From contig NC_134025.1 in NCBI RefSeq assembly GCF_964204645.1, positions 4,216,001-4,280,000 of the forward strand: a stretch of 64,000 bases of DNA. The letters run 5' to 3'. The translations under genes were made by a program, and so were the position numbers. This DNA is from Tubulanus polymorphus. Lineage: Eukaryota; Animalia; Nemertea. Of the stretch, positions 56,961 through 64,000 are shown in pieces. A model generated the notes under the pieces. The model saw nothing but the letters and a program-made list of their open reading frames with translations. It was not told where the DNA came from and did not search any database. Each line of letters begins with the position of its first letter. Position 1 is the stretch's first letter.

Positions 56961-58906
56961 CTATGGACTGATTCCTGGATACCAGCTTCTATCGCTATCG
57001 ACTGATTCCTGCATGGATACTAAGCTCCTTTCGCTATCGACTGATTCCTGGATACTAGCTTCTATCGCTTCATGTAGTCGTTTTTCTGTATGTTTCTCGT
57101 ATACCGCATAAACTCTGAAATGATTGCGATATATTATTCCATAGCTAAACTGAAAAAAAAAACTTTTATTTGTTATTGATAAGAAAAGACCTCGAGTAGG
57201 TTACGTCTTACATGACAATGACGAAGGCGATTAACATAGTCGATGCGATCACGAAATATGCTAATCCTGGCGCGAATGTTACTGTTTTCTGATAGATGAA
57301 TTGTGATCCAGCCATTCCTATCAGTGTGCAAGTAGCTTCAACACTTGCTCCAATTGCATATATAGCACCTGAAATTAATACCAAATTCAATGAAGCTAAA
57401 GTGAAATTTGGAACTGAATTTGTAACCGACTTTTTCAATACAATTTTGCATAATACTCGTGGCCCGCAAACTTAAGAGTACAGATAGGGACATATTTTCT
57501 TGGTGATTCTTTATCGTGGATATCTAGTCCACAACTATTCTCTCCTTGTTCTCACCTAATTCATGTGCATGCACTAGATGTGATATTTTAGTTCGGAACA
57601 TACTAACAGCCAGCATCGATAGTCCACCGACGACACTCACTGTAAAATCATAACAAATATATATCGATGAATGTTGATAAAGTTATCAATTTTCAAAAGA
57701 TCAATAATAGAAACTGAGGGCCTTTAATTTACCTAAATACATATCAATGTCTCGATATGCAAAAGCATTAACGTACATAGAGGCCATATTAGATGTTACT
57801 CCGATAAGTGCAATCCAAATTTCCGGCACCTTTAACAACTCCAACGTTTTGACTCCACCAATTCCCATCAGAGATTTAATGAGAACCGTCCCTGCTAGAT
57901 ACACCCCTACCATCTTCGGTCCCCAGCATAAAGGTTGGTTAACGCAGAAGAGTAAAGTTATCCCTTTTGAGGCGCTCCACGGCATGAGATCCACGAAAAT
58001 CAGGATAATCAAGAGAATCAATTTAGTTCTCCTACCAAAAGCATTTTCTTTAAAGACATCGGTTATCTCTTTTATTTGGTGGACAAACGAAAACCGTCTC
58101 TTGTAATCACAAACTAGTGTTTCAGGTACGAAGAACAGTACATACACAAAATTTACGAACATCAGACATACTAGGAATATATACGGCCATAGGAAGCCAT
58201 AGGCTTCAATCCAGAATCCAAATCCGGCCTGAGCAACTGCAGCCGAAAACAATGTCAGTCCTTCAGCGATCGTGATACGCAGTGCCCGTTCCATCGGTGA
58301 TGTCGTGTCGGATATGTAAGCGAATGAAATCATCATAATGGCGAGTACTCCGCCACCACATCCTTCGATAAACGATGGTATTAGCAACGTATAAACTGGC
58401 AAATCGTAGAATATTATAAACGCACTTATTACTGCCTTTATCAAAGAGAACATGCTCGGGATTACCAGTGCAATACGCCTCCCGACCGTGTCGGAATAAG
58501 CGCCCAGAAATGGCACGATGAAAATAACGGGTACCGTGCTACATAATGTCACGTATTGTAACCAACGCGATGTTTCTTGTTGAACATGTGCTATTTTTTG
58601 ATAAGTTGGGTCCGATTTATTTGCAAAGCACGTTTCGTTATCTGTTGCCGAATAAGACATGTTTCCTAGCCTAGAATAAATGTATTGTTGGTTTAAAGGG
58701 TTAGTCCCGGTGGTGGCTGCACAGAATAAAATGATGATAAGTTCTACCACGCATTTCCTGGTTGGCAAAATAACGCTATCAGATCGACGGAGATGAGGTG
58801 GTAATCTCACCACGGAAGTGTTTAAGGACCCATCATGAACGGCAGTTGTTTCGGTTTCTTGGATCCTCGGACGCCTCGGTAGAAGTGGTGAACTCTCTCC
58901 TTCCAT
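56961..58906 (-). CDS. SLC46 family (proton-coupled folate transporter-like) MFS transporter, 4 coding exons
   Basis: LNQQYIYSRL, VQQETSRW, GAYSDTVGRRIAL (MFS motif A), FAYISDTT..ERALRITIAE, PLCWGPKMVG. Further exons at ~57556-57640, ~57209-57369 and 56961-57114. Confidence 0.88.
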
Positions 58907-59424
58907 TGTGGTTATAATCCTAAGTACGATAAATTCATCAATATTCTTTTCTTATAGGATTAATTTCCTAAGTAAGAATTTGTCTACAGCGTTAAATATT
59001 TCAAAAATGAACTAACTTAACTCGAAACTAACCTCACAAATGTGTGGATACAGGTAAGATAATTACCACATAAGTAAATGAAAAATTACGTTACCTTTAA
59101 CCACTGAAAGTGGATCTCTATACGAAATGTACTGAAGGAAACTGTTTGTGACCTGGGAAAGTAGACTGAAATATCGTTGTTTTGATCGGGCAAAGATCAA
59201 ATAGACGAAGATATCGATCGGGTCTGACCGGCCTCAGATTATCAAGTGTCCTCGCCAACTTGGTCAACCGCTTATCAAAACACGGTCAAAATTACGCATC
59301 GCTGCTCTCGGGCGGATTTGGACCGTGTCGACTGTTTCGCCCGACACGGTTGAATTTTAAAGTGCCATTTTATTTTTTCTCTATCAAAATTTGACGTTGT
59401 TACTTCCACAAGGTGAAAAACGTT

Positions 59425-59600
59425 CCAAAAGGGCACTTTTAAAGAAAAAAGGGACATGGCTAAGGCAGAAAAAGGGCATATATAATATCCTTTCCAAAAA
59501 GGCACATTTAAAAAGAAAGGCACATGGGCGTCACAAAAAAAAATGGAAAAAGGGCATATATTTTCCTATCCAAAAGTACTAAAGGGTGCAATCTCCTGGA
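59425..59600 (+). repeat. Cluster of AAAAGGGCAC-like motifs (subterminal repeats of a non-autonomous DNA element)
   Basis: About six spaced copies of aaaagggcac/at. The same motif occurs inverted at 60750-61005 and again at 63318. Confidence 0.6.
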
Positions 59601-59889
59601 TAATGATGATTGAAAACTCAGATATATGTTAGTTAGAACAGTGGATTTGATTGAGATGATTCTGTGTGTTGCATGTGTATGTTTTAACTTTAGACAAATG
59701 AATAAATCACATTATGTTTCTTGACTGAATGTCTCTCAGAGAGGCTCAGAAACGCAATTAGTTTTTCTTTCGTTCAAAATCCAAGGCATCTTCACCCGTC
59801 AAGGGATTCGAACCCACTACGCTAAAGCTGTTCCCCGAACCCCTTGACCTCACGAGTCGTTGGAGTCGTTACTAGCCGACCAGAATCCG

Positions 59890-60020
59890 GTCGTACCAAT
59901 CACAGCGCTTGTAACAAACCGACAGTAGACTTCTGTTGGTTTTCCCGTTAAATGGACCAATCAGCGAACGTTTTACCGAACAAAGAAGTATTTTGCAAAT
60001 CGATATATGACGTCATGCGC
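59890..60020. promoter_or_regulatory. Promoter-like motif cluster (two CCAAT boxes and a CRE)
   Basis: ccaatcac at 59896, ccaatcag at 59957, atgacgtcat at 60007. Target transcript not identified (possibly SLC46). Confidence 0.35.
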
Positions 60021-61181
60021 AACAGCGCCAGTAATGAAATCACGCTTCATGAGGCCAGGGGGCTGGTGGAAGCGAGTTCGGGAGTGATACTGGACCCCTG
60101 GCAAGCGAGGATGAATCCAAGGCGCACATAATGAGAGCTATGTTTTATGCGTGGTCCGGCCATCAGATACGTGCGGGTTGTGTGCCTGGTATCAGTTTCA
60201 AATTAAATCCCCGAACACACTATGCGATTTTCGCTGCGAATTTATCGCACAGCGCAGAGAGGACACACCTACGTATGCGATCAGCTGTTGGCGACCTTAT
60301 GCGGAGTTTGGGGTCATGTGATCAGAGATGGCTGGGTCCAAAAAACTTAAAATTGTTGTTGTTGTTGCTCGTCATTGATTGGTTCGATGCGAGTGGTTTG
60401 GCGAAATTCGCATCTCACGGACACACTGTGCGAAAATATTCGCTGCGATTAAATTCGCCGCGAAAATATCAAACATGTTTGATCGGTGCGATTTTCGCAT
60501 GCGACGGATCGCACGTGAAAATCGCCTGCAGCTGACCGAACACACCAGGGGCGGATCTAGGCCCAAATTCAAGGTGTAGCACTCATTCAAGAGGGTACCT
60601 GTCCGGATTTGTATTACCACGACGAGGCGAGCACCGAAGGTACGAAGCCACCAAGGTTAGAATCAGTTAAAAATTTGAAACCCAAAAAATACCCTTGTCT
60701 GAATTTCAGGCAATAACAAAGCACTTTTAGTATTCATTGCAATTTGAATGTGCCCCTTTTTGAATGTGATAGTTATTTAGTCATATTTTTGAGCCGACTA
60801 TTTTTTAGCCCTTTTGAGTCGTGCCCTGTCAGAGCTCTTCAGCACGGTAATGTGATTGAATGCGCCCTCATTTTGGAGATTAATTCTGCCCATAACAGGA
60901 TTTTTCAAATTAACGTGCTCTTTTTCGCAACATAACATACCCTTTATGGCAATATAACGAACGTGGCTTTTGGCAATTGATTCAATATAGTGTACCCTTT
61001 TTGGCAATAAAGAAGTTTCCAGTTTCTAGGCGCCATTTTGTGGCGGTCCCTCGAGGTCCCCATTGTTGCGATAATTTGCGCTCATTTTTAAAACATAAGT
61101 TTAGATTGAATATCATATAGTTCTGCAGTTCCTTGCTCGATTAACTTAATTTATACACCATTTTAAAGGAAATGAAATGCA

Positions 61182-62590
61182 GATATTTGTTGGCGATTCT
61201 TGGAATTTTTGAATGCAACAATTAAGAACAGTGACGATGTGAAACCAAGGACCGCATATCTTAACCGCGCGTAAAAGAAATCGCAATATTTATTGATTTT
61301 GAAATATCTAAGTATATCTTGAAGCTATATTTCCACAGAGGTTAAAGAGGGTTATTTGCAGTTTAAGCCTGCGTTGAATTTTTTTGAATATCTTTCCCGA
61401 CGACTGATCTGTACCCGCTATAGTTTGAGATTACGCGCAAAAGGGGTCTCCCACTGCGCACCGCCATTTCACTGAACATTGAGATTTGTGAAAAGAAATC
61501 TTTAAATGCAATTTGATTTCTTCACTTTTTCCATGGGGATATTTTGAGATTATAATCCGTATCTTGTTTGTACTGTACATTTTGGCGGGGGCAATTAGTT
61601 TAGCTGGTTTCGGGATCCGGTTTGTCCTGCTTTGAAGTTTGAACGGCCCAGTTGGGGAATTGTCGCCATGCAGCCCGTCCAGCCTAGCGCCGATTTTGTG
61701 TTCGGTGAAATCATGGGCCCAAAACGTTTTAGAGTCCATGGTGAAATGTGCCAGTCAATTTAAACGCTTAGGACATATTTCAACACATATCTCTCTCCGG
61801 TAATCCCTCATCCTGGGATCATACGACGAATTTACTGAATCTCAACCTTTTTGCTGGAAAACATCGACCAGATTACCTGACTGATATAAAATATCAATAT
61901 TATATTTAAAGGGGATCCTGTCCCCCATGTGATATTCTGTTTTAGGGGCTGAACGTCCAGTTGAGCTACTAAAAGCTGCGCCGCGTATTCAAAAATATAT
62001 AAAATTTTAGATTTTGTTCTAGTGTCCATCCATGAGTGGAACATTCTGTTGAAAAGCAAATTAGGCTCTCAACTAGGCCACCTATGCAACCAACACAGAA
62101 CGTCCCCACTCTTACAAGAAATCCTTCAATTTCCCATCGCTACAAAACTCGAATTCCTCAAAGCACTCAAAGTCCATTTTTAAACATACGAAAATGAAGG
62201 TAATATATAACCATAAGAAGCAATATTAATGATATCAAACCAGTATAAAATCTTATTTATGCGATTTTTTTTCGTAAATCTCAATGTTCGGTGAAATGGC
62301 GGTGCGCAGTGGGAGACCCCTTATGCGCGTAATCTCAAACTCAAGCGGGTACAGATCAGTCTTCAAGAAAGATATTCAAAAAATTTTAAAGCAGGCCTAA
62401 ACTGCAAATAACCCTCTTTAACCTCTGTGAAAATTGGAAATATAGCTTCAAGATATACTTAGATATTTCAAAATTAATGAATATTGGGATTTCATTTACG
62501 CGCGGTTAAGATATATGCGGTCCTTGGTTTCATATCGTTACTGTTCTCAATTGTTGCGTTCAAAAAATCCAAGAATTACCAACAAATATC
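61182..62590. mobile_element. Foldback element with ~305-bp inverted arms
   Basis: 61182-61488 is the reverse complement of 62276-62590 with scattered mismatches (e.g. ggggtctcccactgcgcaccgccatttcac / gtgaaatggcggtgcgcagtgggagacccc). Spacer ~790 bp, non-coding. Confidence 0.85.
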
Positions 62591-63262
62591 AAATTTAAAT
62601 TGGCCATCGATGGATCATTCTAACTAATATCTATATATTAGAACCATTTTGAATAGTCTAAAGTACACAAATAATGATTTAGAGTCGGGTCTTAGGTTTA
62701 GTGACACCTATATATAATATACTAAACCTAAGACCCATAAACCTAAGACCCCCAAATATCTCGTCTTCGAACCATCTGAGCTGCTACTTCATGCGGTATC
62801 GCAAAGAGGTTATGTTTGGCCACCTTTTATCTATTTTTTGTTTGTTTCCATGAAACCTTTTATTAGCAAAATAACTCGGAAAGTTATGAATGGATTTCTG
62901 TAAAATAGGTTTACACATGAACAGTTGATTCCTCTAAAGTTAAAATGGTTCTAATATAGAGATATTAGTTAAAATGATCCATCGATGGCCTATTTAAATT
63001 TGGTTCATTTATCAGAGACGAGATATTTGGGGGTCTTAGGTTTAGTATATTATATATAGGTGTCATTAACCACAAGACCCCTTAACCTAAGACCCGACTC
63101 TAAAAGCATTTTGTGTACGTACTTTCAAAATGGTTCTAATATATAGATATTAGTTAAAATGATCCGTCGATGGCCTATTTAAATTTGGTTTATTTATCAG
63201 AGACGTGATATTTGAGGGTCTCAGGTTTAGTATATTATATATAGGTTTCACTAAACCAAACC
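62591..63262. repeat. ~185-bp repeat array: one inverted copy plus ~1.7 direct tandem copies
   Basis: aaaatggttctaatata...gatccatcgatggcctatttaaattt at 62942 and 63127. Reverse-complement copy at 62591-62766. Confidence 0.85.
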
Positions 63263-63504
63263 TAACGGGTCTTGGGTTGTGACACCTGGCCGGACGGCGT
63301 TTTCATGAGAATCTTTTGAAAAGGGCACTTGACAAATTCAAGGGGTCGCACGTGCTGCAGGTGCAACCCCCTGTATCCGGCCCTGCACACTATGCAAATT
63401 TCTCTGCGAAATCTGTAATCGCAGACGCTATGCGAATAAAATCGCATAGTGTGTTCAGGGCTTAAATACAATTGCGAGACCTAATTAAGCTTAGTTCCAA
63501 GTTG

Positions 63505-63790
63505 CTATAGGATTTAAGAAATGGCTGGCTGTTCACTAAGGCAAACCTGCAACCAATGTAACAATTTAGAACTAGTCTTAAGATGTAAATCCAAGTTGTT
63601 ATAAAAGATCACTTTGTAACAACTTAGAACTAGTCTTAAGAAAGATGTAAATCCAAACTTGTTAAAGATAACTTGGATTTAAGCAATGGATGGCTGTTCA
63701 CTAAGGCCAACTGCAACCAATGTATATACATGTAACAACTTGGGACTAATCTTAAGATTGAAGGTTGCGTTTAAGACTTACTTAAGTTTG
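63505..63790. repeat. Degenerate internally repeated element (tagtcttaag motifs)
   Basis: ggatttaag..atgg.tggctgttcactaagg..ctgcaaccaatgta occurs twice, and gtaacaa.tt.g.acta.tcttaaga three times. Confidence 0.7.
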
Positions 63791-64000
63791 ACTAAACATA
63801 AACCTCTGTTCTATGGTCTAAACTACAATGGATAACATCGGATCCAGAGTTTTGGAGGGAGTTGACATAAAAAAAAACTTGAGCGGATCACGTGATTGAA
63901 TCACCACAGATCGCGCTGAATAAACAACACAACACATTAATAAATGCATTTATTCAGGTTTACAAAATAGATTCTGGGATTTCAGTTTTTTGTGAACTTG

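Larger units (their letters stand above)
60546..63385. mobile_element. Nested non-autonomous hAT-like element with a 5-bp TSD
   Basis: Ends caggggcggatctag / ctgtatccggccctg. CACAC duplicated at 60541-45 and 63386-90. Removing the insert restores the host motif gaacacactatgc. Confidence 0.75.
60207..63462. mobile_element. Non-autonomous PIF/Harbinger-like element split by a nested insertion
   Basis: Left end atccccgaacacactatgcgatttt, right end (reverse complement) agccctgaacacactatgcgatttt. TAA directly flanks both ends (60204-06 and 63463-65). Confidence 0.8.

Noticed and set aside
59795-59880. tRNA gene suggested by GGGTTCGAATCCC on the minus strand
   Set aside because: Only a T-arm-like motif is present, with no acceptor stem, D-arm or anticodon arm. 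More likely a SINE relic.
60131-63471. Short ORFs in the repeat nest as transposase remnants
   Set aside because: No DDE, zinc-finger, helicase or reverse transcriptase motifs. The ORFs arise from repeat sequence.

Overview
Compact, AT-rich eukaryotic genomic DNA with many ~70-100 nt GT-AG introns, most likely from a non-vertebrate animal (a marine spiralian is my guess; species not determinable here). I can reconstruct 14 genes: RTF1 exon 1 (-), DHTKD1 (+), RNASEH2C (-), an unannotated two-exon ~100-aa single-TM protein missed by the ORF track (+), reticulon with three apparent first exons (-), a short CCDC88/Daple-like protein (-), CFAP36 (+), PPP4R3/SMEK (-), two convergent RDH11-14-type SDRs, a divergent slicer-type Argonaute with an RG-repeat N-terminus (+), TMEM179 (-), ataxin-3 without polyQ (+) and an SLC46-family MFS transporter (-). 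Twelve of these sit in six head-to-head pairs. The last ~4.5 kb is a nest of non-autonomous DNA elements. No prokaryotic system, CRISPR array, rRNA or intact tRNA is visible. Gene names come from remembered family motifs, not database searches, and exon boundaries were read by eye. Best leads: the hidden small gene, the RG-repeat Argonaute, the truncated CCDC88 with a new PDZ-type tail, an extra in-frame DHTKD1 exon, and the nested transposon with a 5-bp TSD.
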